Shown here in pieces: positions 1-11,899 of a stretch of 64,000 bases of DNA. The notes under the pieces were generated by a model. The model ran no database searches. It was not told where the DNA came from and saw nothing but the letters and a program-made list of their open reading frames with translations. The number at the start of each line of letters is the position of its first letter. The stretch's first letter is position 1. The DNA lies in NCBI GenBank assembly GCA_036172245.1, contig JAYWIR010000018.1, positions 1,798,001 to 1,862,000 of the forward strand, read 5' to 3'. Origin of the DNA: Raillietiella orientalis (lineage: Eukaryota). The position numbers and the translations under genes are program-made.

Positions 1-1799
1 TAATTTCGGTCCTTTTCATTGAGAAACGAAAGCACAAAACCAAAGCAAGTTGATATGACAATTACCTTCTCTAATTGCATTCACTGTACTTCAAATTCTG
101 CCGATTTGCCTTCCCTCTAAGGAACGTTCGTGTATGCACAGTTTAATTAGCGTGCGTTTCCTGTTGAAGCTATGCGTGAAATTGGAATGTCATTTTGGAT
201 TTTTCCAATGTGTGGGGAATGCGTCGTCTACATATCTTCAAGCTTGTTTTCCTGTCTTTCGGTTTCTCTCGATCTAATCCAAAATATTTATTTGCCCGGA
301 GATGCACCCTCCTGCGCTGAATGTCATCACCGTCAGTATCTTTTGGGCACTGCCTGTGATGCTCAGCTTCCATTACCATATTTTATGGAAAGTCATCAGT
401 ATAGGCGCGAAACGATATCAACAGTTGATCCTTCGACTAGGACATTCTACTGGTTTTCACGCTTGAAAAACCAAGCACAAACCCAACCAACCATTCACAC
501 ATTTAGACGATAGAGACCATTAGCTAAGAAAGTGAGTGCTAACAAGCAGTGTCAACTGCCTGAATTCGTTCCATCAGAGCTCTCTCCATCAGGCCAATTT
601 TAAATTTCCTCCAAACTCGCGGAACGGCAGCAAGTTCCAGAGAAGAAGTCTACCTCGGAAACAAAGTATTTATTCTATTATTTTTTGTTCTTAATGGGCA
701 TATTAATAAGAGGCACATGAACGGTCGGATGCTTTTAAGCCCAGCTTGCACTAATGAATGCACATTTTAAGGACTGCTTGGGCATATCTTCCTTTGCTTA
801 GCATTGATGGGCGCCGGGTTGATTGCCGTGTTAAATAAACACCACTTCACGACGAAGGCTTACTTGTAAGCCTGCTTACTACAGGGATGCCAAGTCCTTA
901 TTTCTCAATCCCTGCTTCCCGTCCTGATGCAGGTAACCCGAAAACTCATTCACATTGTAACCGAAGCGAATCAAAGTCCACGAGAAAGTCAACAGTGCCG
1001 GGTGTTTTGCTGACACGGTAAACACGATCTGCTAATGAGCACTTATTAATTAGTTGTGCCCATCCACATCGAAATGAGCTCCCAGTGTTCTCACTGGATT
1101 TCCTTCCGATTCACTTCAGGAGGTCGCAGCATCCGATACAGAATCATCTTCGCTCGACACAATTTCGATTCCAGAAATTTCACAAAGAATTCGAGAGGAA
1201 AAAGAAGATGAGGTGGTAACTAGGATTGTGGTTAGCTGCACCCGGGGCTGATCCGTCAGGTTGCTTCCAGAGGTCGTAAAGAATCCCACCCGCTGGTTCC
1301 TGCATTTTGTTTTAGTTTATTTATTTATTTATTTTTTTTTGCACGGTGCCTTCGAGGAGCGACGGCGGAAGCGCAAATGAATCCTGCGTTTTCTCGCTGA
1401 CGAAACAATTATGTCGGGATGCTGCCGGGATCTCCTCAGCAGCTCCAGGTTCGTCCGTACGGCATCGGCGCGTGTTGCCACGTTCGCGTTTCCGAACAGC
1501 TCGCCTCGCAGAGGGGCGTGACGCTGGACCGGGACCACTCTGCGAGCGAACTCCGCGCACATGTGCGGGGAAGTACGCGGAGAGGTAGGCGCGCTTATCA
1601 GCGGAGCGCGCCCCGGCCCTTCCCCGTTCCCAGCCCTCGCGCTGGCTGCCCCTTGTCAGCCGCGCGCGACTCCCGACGGGCGCGCTCGCTGAGGACGCCC
1701 GCTACGAACTGCGAGCAGCTTTTCGTTTTCCTACCCCCGAATTCCCGGTGGAGGAACAGGAAGCCACAGGACGCGACTCTAAGGCTCCAGTGGACTCTC

Positions 1800-4700
1800 G
1801 TTGCCGCCCGCGGGGGTGGGAACTAGGGGAGGCTTCCAGAATGGGCCGGGAGTGGTCTCGGGGGCTGGTGCAGGGGGTCCTCCGTGCTTCCTTCACACCG
1901 GAAACCTCTCCCCGATCCTGGGAGCTCTCCCGTCCGGAAGAGCCGCTTGCAAAGGGGCGGGTGAGGGGTGGAGCACCCCTCTCTGTCTTCTGCAAGCACA
2001 GCGTGTTCTCGCCTGTTATTTGGCATCCCTCTTTTCAATGGCGCCCTCTCTAGCCACCACCGACCACCAGAAGGCCACTGGAGGCTGCTTCCTGGAGCTG
2101 GAAGACAGACAGCGCCAGGTCCCCTTTCCCAATCTTTTGGTGGCGCCTCTTCTGCGGCCACCACCACTTCCTCCCCCCTCCCCCTCCCCCTTCGGGGCTT
2201 TGGAGGGCAAGCAGCTGTTTCGCGGAGGGGTGCTTCCGCTTACGCAGCGGAAGATATCTTTGGCTAGGCTGCGTCATTCCTATTTCGGGATGATCCAGGC
2301 TGCTCAGAATCCCAAATCGCGGGAGAGCCTCCGTGCTTCTCGACGTGACGGCGCCTCCAGGCTCCGGCGAAGCCGCGGTCGTTCCTGAGATGCAGTCCGA
2401 CCCGAGACGGTCGCGCGCTCGACGGTCGCAGAGCGCACTCCGATCGGCGAGGAGCGCCCCAAGGCCGCGAGAAGGAAGAGAGGGACGCGCGAGCGAACAC
2501 TTCCGGCGGAGGGAGGGAAGAGCCTTGGGGAAGTGGGGAAAGCAGACGAACCGAGCGCGCCCGTTCAGCCGAACGTGCAGAGGACGGACGCCTAGCCGGC
2601 CCCCTCCGGCCTTGGTGCGAGGAATGTCCCCTTGGAGGGGGCTGATGAACAAACTGAAGAGAAGAGCGAGGTCCAGGAGTTTCGCCTCTCCCGGGTCCCT
2701 CGCACCTCTGGGATGCGGCCGGGCGCGCGGTGGCCTCGTCTGTTCCTCCTGCGGCGGCCGTGGGCAGACCACTGTTCCGCCCCTCTCCCCTTCCGTGCTC
2801 CACTGTCATGGCGCCCGAGCGGTATGCCCAGCGCCCGAGTTCCTTGGCACCGCGGGATTCGCGCCGTGCGATACCCTCCACACCACCCTCCCCAGCACGG
2901 CCTTGGATCCCCGGCTCCCCTCTCCCCCCTCGGGAGTCTCTGTGAGAGCGAATCTCCCACGAGCGGCGCCTCGGAGAGAAGGTGACTTCCTTGCGAGCCT
3001 CTGCACGCCTCTGCTGGTGGCGCTGTCTCGAGACGCGGCTCCCCGACCCAGAGGCAGAGACCGACCTCCCTCTCTTCTTTTTCCCTCTTCCTTTAGATGA
3101 CCGTTATGACCTCGCTCTCCGAATGCCCGGAGACCTTCCAAGCTACCAGCCCCTTGGGCTGGCGACCGTCGCTTCCGGAACGGAGAAGCGGGCGAAAAGT
3201 GCAGGGCCATCTTCGTTCAGGAACCATGGGCCCCCACCTCCCAAGGACTTCCGGGAGAGCAGTTGAGGCAACCCTGGCAGAGGTCCAGACCAGGCCTTCC
3301 GCACCGCTTCCTGGAGGAACGTCAGTCTCTCTCTCAGGTGTGTAGTCTCCTGGGCACTCCCGAGAGGCAGCGCGGGGGCGTAGTTCCGAAACCTTTCCAG
3401 CACCGAGAACGTGGCGGCCTTGCAGGCCTGCCGAGGATCCGCGTCCAGGCACGCCGTTCGTCCCAGAGAATCTTCCTTCCAGGAGGCGTTCCGAGGGAGT
3501 TCTGGAGACGGGTTCATGAAGACCTGCTGCAGCCGTCCCTCGTTCGGACCCTCCCGTTTTCCCAGGAACTCGAGACATGGACGTCCGATTAGCGGATCTT
3601 TCTATGGGGGTGGAGAGGAGAGGTCGAAAGGGAATGGGATCGCTGGGAGGACCCGGGTAGGAGACGGGCGCACGCGCGCAGAGGCGCACCCGTTCCCTCC
3701 TCTCCTGAAACAGAAGTTAAGGGCACTGCGGTCAGGCGAGAGTAGGAGGTCATGAGCCCCCGATCCGGCGAGGTCGCTGAGGAAGGCTGATGCGAAAACG
3801 CGGAAGTGACGTTAGGCACTCCTGTGCACCCCAGCAGACAGCCCCTTCCACGCTGTCAGAAGGGCAAGTCTTTGTCCCTCCTCCCCGGGGAAGGAAGTCT
3901 CCTTCTCTACCCCTTCGTTTCCCCGGAGCTCCCATGAGGGAATCCCAGTGGGAAGTGCTCATTGGTACCCCAAGGGTCACCAGGGCTCCTAGTTGGGATT
4001 TCGAGAGGGGTGGGATTGCCCTCCCCAACAACCCGGGGCCAGGGGACTGCATGGCGGACCCCGATGGGAAATGCCCGAGGCGGGTCCTTGCAGCCCCGCG
4101 CGTTTCCGGATGGCGCTTCTCGTCGTCGTCGCTGCTCCTCGTCCGATCTCCCGGAGGAAATGATCTTCCCTGAAGCCGGTAGCACCTCTTGGTCCCCCTC
4201 CGTCGGGCCTCTTCCGGAAAAGGAGGCGACAACCGCCAAGCAGGAACGACCTCCCTTTTCCCTCTCACCTCTGGAGCCCACGCGGTACTGGTTCGGGGAG
4301 AAACAGGATGGCCGACCCCCTCTCGCGGAGATAGAAGGGGTCGCAAGCGGTCTCGGATCGGAGGGAGGAAGAAGAGAGCCAGAAAAGGTCACCCTTTAAG
4401 AGAGGGGAGGAGCGGGGTAGCTGCCGAAGGAGAAGGAGCACCCCCATTCCTTCCCCCCGGAGGCTGCGTGCTTCCCTGGGTCGCAAGATGCGCGGTCGAG
4501 AGCAGAGCCCCGACCCCAACCTTCTTCATCCGAGCGCCCCAAGCGAGAGAGCGAGCGGATGTCCTTGGCTCTCCGTGCCTCGCCCCCCTCTCCCTGCAGC
4601 GCGGTCCTCACCATCGCCTGAAAGCACCAGAACCACCAGAAGAATCTTTTCCTTTCGGTCCGCGAGCACTGGGTGAGGAGGGTGGGAGCACGCGTGCGCC
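1800..4700 (+). mobile_element. Degenerate DIRS-like (tyrosine recombinase) retrotransposon relic A
   Basis: Ordered decayed motifs: RT N-terminus (RHSYFGMIQ..PKSRESLR, ~2270), RNase H (ATSPLGW...VQGH...AVEATL...GTSVSL, 3097-3345) and YR (APSWDFERGGIALPNNP...VLAAPRVS, 3790-4173). Frameshifted; boundaries approximate. Confidence 0.5.
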
Positions 4701-5259
4701 CTCCCTCCGGCGTCAACCGGGTGTCACTCGAGAGGTGGGTCGCTTCCGGAACCGGGGAAAGGAGGAAGGAAGGGGAGAAATGGAATGGGGACGGGCAACG
4801 AAGTTCCCGTGCAGAATCCGGGAGGGAGCGTGGAGAGGAAAGACCCGAGGGGCCACTGCCTCCACGGAACTGTCGAGCCGGCTGTGGACGGACGTGCGCG
4901 GCCTGGAGAGAGAGGGGGATGAGGGTGAGGAGGAGGAAGAAGGACGCGAGCGGCAGAATCTTCGCCCGGGAACGACTGGGATGCTCCAGGCTCTTCTCGC
5001 TGGCTTTTCTCATGCTCTCACCCTTCTCTGTCCCCTCTGTCAACGAGTGCCCGAGGGGGCTCTCACGCCTTTCCCGGACGGAGCGGTTGGATGACTGGAA
5101 GTGGGGAGGAGGGGAGAAGAGAGAGCTCGCTTCCCACTCCTTTCATTCCCAGCAATCCTCGCACATCCCGAGGGCACTTCCTTTCCGGAAACTCGTCTAC
5201 CGGTCCTGTGAGTCCGTTTCCGCTCTTCTTTCCCGTGCTTCGTGACGCCTAGGACATTC

Positions 5260-8200
5260 GTCAGTTTTCTGCACCGACGCCCTCGACAGAGTCCAGGAAC
5301 CTCCATCGCGGAGCCGCAGATCCCCTCTTCTTCACTCTCCTCATCGCCCCCCCCCCTCCTTTCGATGGCGTACCATAGATGTCGATGAGGACGGCGCCGC
5401 CGAAGTGCAAGCCACCGGGCGCGAGGCTGTGGGCGGTGGCAGAGAAGGGCGTAACCTTCGATGACCCTGGACTTGAACCCGAGACGACTCGCTGCTGTGG
5501 CGAAGTGGAGGCGGTTGGCTGGAAGGCAAAGAAACGGAAGAAAAGTGACCGCTCCCTGAAGAGGAGAGCTCGTGGGATGACCCTGGTCATTCCGACAGCG
5601 GGGGGAGGGACCTCCAGGAGGGTGAGTGCGGCAGGGAGACAGGCGCACCGGGGTACTTCTCGGCGGGAGGTCCTTCCTGGCCCGGGAAGAAGGTGGAGGA
5701 GGCTTCTCTGAGCGGTGTAGAGCAAGCAGATGCCTGGAGATCGGATCCTGCGCACTTTGAAGATGCCTGGAAGGCCTCCCCCTACTCCTCCATAGGAAGG
5801 AACTCGATTGGCCGAAGCGATCGTCTAGCAAGAAGTGATTTCTGGGACCTTCACATGGGTCTCCATGGAGGAGGTTTAGAAATTTGAGAGAAAGAAGAGG
5901 GGTTTCCAAGGATACCGGGATGCTTGTACAGGTGCATCCCTTGACGGGCTGTGCGAAGGCCTGAGGGTGAAGAGGCTGTTGCGGGTTCAATATACGAGAG
6001 TGCCGGATTGCACTGAAGGGTTCCTTGTGAAGGTCGTCCTCCGGGCGTGAGAGGAGCAAACCGGACCTGCTACTGGGGGAGCTAGAGGTGAGCTCGGGAC
6101 GACGCGCAGGGAAGGAATGGGCATCGTCGTTTCGGAGGTTGCAGCTACGGAAGGGCTGGAGGGGGCAGGGAAGCAATCTTGCGGTCATCCCCTAGGAAGG
6201 GTCCCATAGAAAACAGTAGAAAACTTGGAAACAGAATCCTCTAAAAAGCAGCGATACAGAGGATTCTGGAGAAGGGACTCGCTTCTCCATTCTGGGTGGA
6301 GGCGGATCTCCCATGGAGACCACTTCACGTCCTTCGCTCCGACTGCTTTTTAGAGACTTCCCCCCACGGGAAACAGCTGGGAGCATCCCTGAAGCACGGA
6401 CGGATGAAGAGTCTTCCGGCTCAGAGGATGCAAAGAGAAGAAACTCCTGGTTCCGGCCCGGCTTGAGGTGGTGATCCGCCTCCCTAGATGGATGCAAAGA
6501 GCTCCCTTTTCCTTCATAGCTTCTTAGAGATCGGAAGGACTGAGAGAAATCGAAGCGGTTTTCAGGAAGAAAGGTCAAAATTTGCGGTCAGATGAGGAGA
6601 CCAGGAGCAGCAAGTGGTGACCGGAAGCAGCAGACGAAGGGAGGTTACGAGCTTGCGGTTTCGAAGGTTTCCAGAACCGTCGTTTGGAGAAGAATGGAGA
6701 GGCTGAAGTCTCGAAGAACTCACGCGATCGCGGAAGGGGGAGGGAGAGAAGGGATTGGCATTTTCGCAAGCGGTCGTATCCGCTCAGGGCAAGCGGAGGC
6801 ACCACGTGCCCATCCTCCCGTGAGGCAGTGGGCACCGCAGACTGCAAGCGGGAGGAGGCTGGGACCACTGGCATCACCGCTCCTCGTGAGGGAAGGGGAG
6901 TGCTGAATGGAAGAAGGAGCAGGGCCTTCTGATATACAAAGGTCCGTGGAGGACACCTCTCTGTTACTGACCGCTCTCTTGGCCAAAGGGGAAGCGGACT
7001 GAGAGAACTCGGGCAGCACGAATTCATCGCAGCCTGCACCAAGTGCTTCGTACCATCTTCATTTATCATATTCCCTGCAGGAACTCTCAGGTGCCACTCG
7101 TGCTGGGGTCTGTTGAGGAATCCCTCGACCTGCCAAGGACGGCTTTGCTTTCGGTCGATTCCGCTTCCAAGATTCGGGAGAAGGCCACCGGGAACGAAGG
7201 CAACCGAGCAAAAAAATGGACAGCGAGTCGGAGTCGTCAGGCACTGGAAGGAATCTTCATCCCTCCAGAGATCCGTCTGGTACAGGGAAAAACAAAGCGG
7301 GCTGGAGAACCACTCATGGGTGATGTCTGCAGCACCTTTTCCCTCAGAAGATGAGGAGAACTGGAATACGGATAGAGTCACGCGGCACACCTCTAAAATC
7401 GTAGGCGGCTTCTGCAAAGAACATCGAGGAGACGACTCCTCCCTTCCACATTGGTCCCCTTCCGCCCCTAACTGGAACCTCTTCGCGATGGAGGGAGCAT
7501 GGATTCACGCAACGGGAGGCGGGTCGACGGTGAAGTCTGCGGAGACTACGGAGAGTAAGGGTTGTTTGTCGAAGGGAGTGAGATTTGTTGAAAAAGGAAG
7601 GAGATCGACTACTGAAGACAGCACCCGGGGTCATTCCCTGGTGGGAAGTGCCCATGATAGACGAGCGACTCCCACCGCTTGAAATGCAAAGGAGAAGGGT
7701 CCCTCGGACCTCATTCCGGGAGCCTTTCAAGTGAAGAGATCGTCGATGAATATTCAAACAGCTCCTTTGTATTCACGCAGCTATCGTTGCCTCAGAAACT
7801 TCATGTTCTGTGCGGGTTTTCCCCTCGATTTTAGCGGCAGAGGAGCCTCTCATCAGGTCAGCCTCTTCGCAGTTTCTGAGATGCGGTTTGCCATCTGTCA
7901 TGCAGGGGAGAGAGTGGTCAGTCTCTCGATTTTGGCGCGATCTTTGCGGAAAAGAATGAGCGGCTAGCAACATCAGCCTTGGGAAAGAGCGTATGGGGTT
8001 AGGGAGACGAAGGTAAACCGAAAGGTACAGGAGGTTCAGGAAACAGTGGGGAGTCGGTGCTCAGACCTTAAGAGAGTGAAGACTTGAAATGTATGCAATC
8101 AAGATACGTGATCCAGGAGCATTTCCTCTTCGCTGTGCTCAAGGGAGGTAGGATGAGAAGGGTCGAATTCTACTTACGATAGCAGAAACGATGAGATTTG

Positions 8201-8600
8201 CTGCCTCGATTCGAATAGCTCACCTATCGTCCCCATCGGGACTCTTCTTGGTGGCTTCGGAAGGCCGGCTGAATGGACAGATACATGAGAGTCGCGGTGG
8301 CTGCTGCTGGTCCTCGGGAACAGCCGTGAATGCAAAAAGCTAAGATAAGGGGGGCTGGGATGGCTCGCTTGCGGATCGTAGGCCGATGGGAGGAGCAGTT
8401 AGGAATTGTCTAGAATTCAAATGCCTGAAATGAGATACTGACTTCTCCCAGATGCCAGAGACCGAATTTGGATTCTGCAGCAGCGTGTCCATCATCAGAT
8501 GATAACTGAGAAATCGAAACCCTCCCTCCCTCCACAACTCGAAGCACTCCAAGGCAGTTGCACTGCTGGCTCTACGAAACGCGAGATTTCATTGTGATGG
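5260..8600 (-). mobile_element. Degenerate DIRS-like retrotransposon relic B
   Basis: RT-like (LMMDTL; FAFTAVP..PPR, ~8250-8550), RNase H/MT-like (PTILEVCRVTLSVFQFSSSSEGKG...FLNRPQHEWHL...AAMNSCCP, 6575-7417) and YR-like (QPVKG...PLLSLKFLNLLHGDPCEGP...SFLWRSRGRPSRHLQS; TAHSL, 5260-6190), in DIRS order. Confidence 0.55.
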
Positions 8601-9999
8601 ATAATTTTCTATTTTTATCACACATTGTTGACAGTACATTCCGCACTGCACTGTATTGTGCGCGGTATTGTTGAAAATTGTTGCAGCAGTACATTGTTGC
8701 AGCTCTTTTTATTGTCCTGTGAGGCTCTCTTGGGATAGTAAAGTGGAAGAGTTAGTTTTGCAATACCTTCTTGGGAGTTGGGATATGCAAAGATACAGAT
8801 GCCAACAGGACACTCCCCACCCACACGATACTCGGAGACATTTCAAGATGTTTGCTCTCCTGGAACTCGTGGTCCCTATTGTTCTGGAGCATGCCTTTCA
8901 GTCGGGAAACATTCCGTGCATTCGAATTTCGCTGCGGAACGAAAGAAGCTTCCCGCAGAAGACCAAGATATCTCTGCTTGCTTTGATGACTGCCGATGCA
9001 ACTTTCCTGAAGAGTGGATTTGTTTCTTCATCTTCAACGTCCCTAGAGAATAAGTTCGACTGGAGTTACTCCGCTCGTAAAGGCACTCTCGATCGACCGT
9101 CGGTCCACGTTCGCAGTTTGCAGTGCGCTTCGTTTCTACTCCGTGAGCTCCATCCATAGAAGTGATAGGAAGGATGGATGGAACACCGGAAGCAGTCATC
9201 CACGGTGAAAAGGCTCCTTATCTCTTAGATTTCGTAACTCTGAAACTGGAAAGCACAATCGAGAACCCCGTGATTTTTCATCTTCCTCTTGATTCAAAGA
9301 TTCATCGCAAGAAGCCATGATTCTGCCATCACAATTACCCGAAGGCTTTTTGTTTTTCTCATGCGAACGAATGGCGTCTTTCCGCTGCTGATTTAAATGC
9401 CATGCACGCCGCAATCCTTACCGAAGCTTCAGAAAGAAGCAGTGTCTCGTGGAAGAGGAAAGAGAGGCTAGTTGAATCGTATCAAGGAAATCTGTTTCCA
9501 GCTGTAATTCAGCTTGCATAACAGCCGCTACAGCATCACTCTCGTGTGAGTTACGAGCTTCCAGAAGAGCTCCTTGAGCAGGCGTTGATGGGATGAAAGA
9601 ACGCTGCATCGGCATAAGGACCGTGATTCTGTTCCTCGGACTGCAGGCGGATAGGTTCTTGCATTACTTGATCATTTCTCTTCAGCCTTCATCGTCCTGC
9701 CTCTTCAAAGACTTCGCGTTCCTTGAGAGAGAAATAAACATCACCATGTAGCTGTTGTCTCTCCGGGACTCAACTCACGTGGAGAGCTTGGGAAGCAATC
9801 CAGCTGCATCTTCCTTCTTTCCTTGGATGAGCGGGAAGAAAAGAGAGGGGGGGAGTCACTTGAAGAAAACAAAGGCACACCGTGATTTTGCAAAGAAGCG
9901 GTGGCTCCTCCTTCCGCAGGTGTCATCGCTTCTTTAGTGAGAGGAACAATACCCTTCCAAAGTAGCGAAAATCCCCTCGAAGGTGTTGAGCTCTTCATC

Positions 10000-10800
10000 T
10001 CGAAGAGCACCTCCAGAGAGCTGGAGGATCTACCCTGCTTCGTCGATGCCGGCCTCTGCGGAATGTCACATTTTGGAGAGACCGCCGAGGAAGCCCGTTT
10101 TTCGTATCCTTGACATGGAACTCAATCGAACTCTTGGATGGAACCAAGGAGCACGGCCCGTTCCCTGTGGCCAGTCGCATCCGTCAGATTCCACGACGGA
10201 CGCGCCACGCCTTGAGGTGAAGCCCACAGAAGCTGATTTTTGGGTCGCATTCGCCTTGCCGCGCCGCCGGTTGCCTCTGGGCTCTTGCGGGAGGAAGCCA
10301 TCCGCTGAGCGTGATGGGGATCAAAGCTCCCGCGATCGCAGCGGAGGCGGTCGGTTGGCGCCAGGAGCTCATTCGAAGATGGGGAGCAGAGATCAAAACG
10401 AGACAGGGCCTGTCGCGTCGTTGGCAGGCGAGTCTATGCCTGCGTCACGTGGAGAGGGCTAGCGAAAGCCGATCGCTTAGGTCTACTTGGTAGGGAGCAA
10501 GCTGGGCGGCTGGGCATAGCCTACGGGCAAGTTCCCCCCCTACCTCATGCTCTTCTATCCATTCCCGCGGAGCCCTCCCGAACATGAAATTTCACGGAAG
10601 GGGAAAGGAGGGCAGCGAGGGTTGGCGCACAACAGGTCCTCATGCCGACCTACCTCGTCCCGATGCTCTGACGCCCTTCTCCTTGGGCCCTCTCCCGCTT
10701 CTCCCGCCGGAACTCGCAGACTTCGCCTCCTTCCTTGCTTCGTCGTGAGAGGGGCTCCGCCACCATCGCGAACTTTTCCCGTCTTTCCGTCTTCGTGCGC
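10000..10800 (-). mobile_element. DIRS-like tyrosine-recombinase fragment, relic C
   Basis: 10480-10690 is a recognisable nucleotide paralogue of 12165-12420, the YR region of relic D. Confidence 0.5.
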
Positions 10801-11899
10801 CTCCGCTGTGCCTATGACGTCCGAATTCCATCACGCTTCCCCGTAGCGATGCAGTTACGTCGGGCACGCGGGAACGACGCAAGGCGGCGACGCGATGGGT
10901 TGAGTCGCGCGCGCACCACCTCGAAAGACCCGTTCGCCCCAGCTACCGCCACTGCGGTCGCCCACCTCCCAGCCTGTTGCCTGCCCGAGGGCCGGTCTGT
11001 GACGGCAGCTTCTCCAAGGTTTCTGCTTGCTCCCTGCCTCTTTTTTTTTTTTTTCTTCTTCCTTTTTTTTCCCCTTCTTTCCTCTCTTCCTCCTCCGGCA
11101 CCGTCGCTTGGAACCCAGGAGCCGACCGATTCCCTAGTGCCGAAGTTCATCCTTTAGGCGCCCGCCCAATCTTCCTCTCTGGAAGGGACCTCTTGATCGG
11201 AGCAGCAGCTTTGTGTACCTTGGGATCGGAACGGATGATGCAGCAGCCTCTTCTCCAGTCGGTTCGAGTTGGATTCGGTCGGGGGGAAAGGGGTGGGGAA
11301 CAGGCAGGAGGAGAGATTTGGGGAACAAAAAGGAAGGGAGGGATCCGAAAACTTGCTTCCGGGCGCGCCGGGGTGAGTGCGCATCTGCCCAGTTCTTTCC
11401 CTCCCTTCACCCTGGGTCGAGGACGACGACGCTAGACCAGAGGAAGGTGTCAGAGCCTCCTCTAGTACCATCCAGAGCTCGGGACCGCATGGTGACTCCC
11501 TGCCCCTGGATGTCCGTCTGCCCGCACGCCTCCTCCTATCGATCGCTGCCGCCTTTCGATTTCCGCAGCCGACTGCCCGTTCTCCCTCTAGCTCCCCCCC
11601 CCATTCTTCCTCAGGAAGGGCCGGCCTCGGGGGGCGCAGCGAAAGGCCCGCTGTCCCTCCGCTTTTCCGGCGAGCGCGTCCCGCCTTCCAGAGCGTTTCC
11701 TTTGCCCGAGTGGCCCGCCGAAATTCCTCGAGGTATTGCCCGCGTTCGAACGTCTCAGGGTGTCCTTCCGCTCATCTTCCCGGGTCCTAACGTTTGCCTA
11801 AATTTATGGAGGAAATTCCTTGCATCCAAGAGGAATTTTTATTGCTTCCTGAAGCCTTCCAATAGGATCTCCGCTTGCTCAATCGCTGCAAGCGGAACC

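Noticed and set aside
1..1300. ORFs 170-379(-) and 172-513(+); faint piggyBac-like words (DQLLISFR, KYG)
   Set aside because: The motifs are in different frames with stops and too weak to call.
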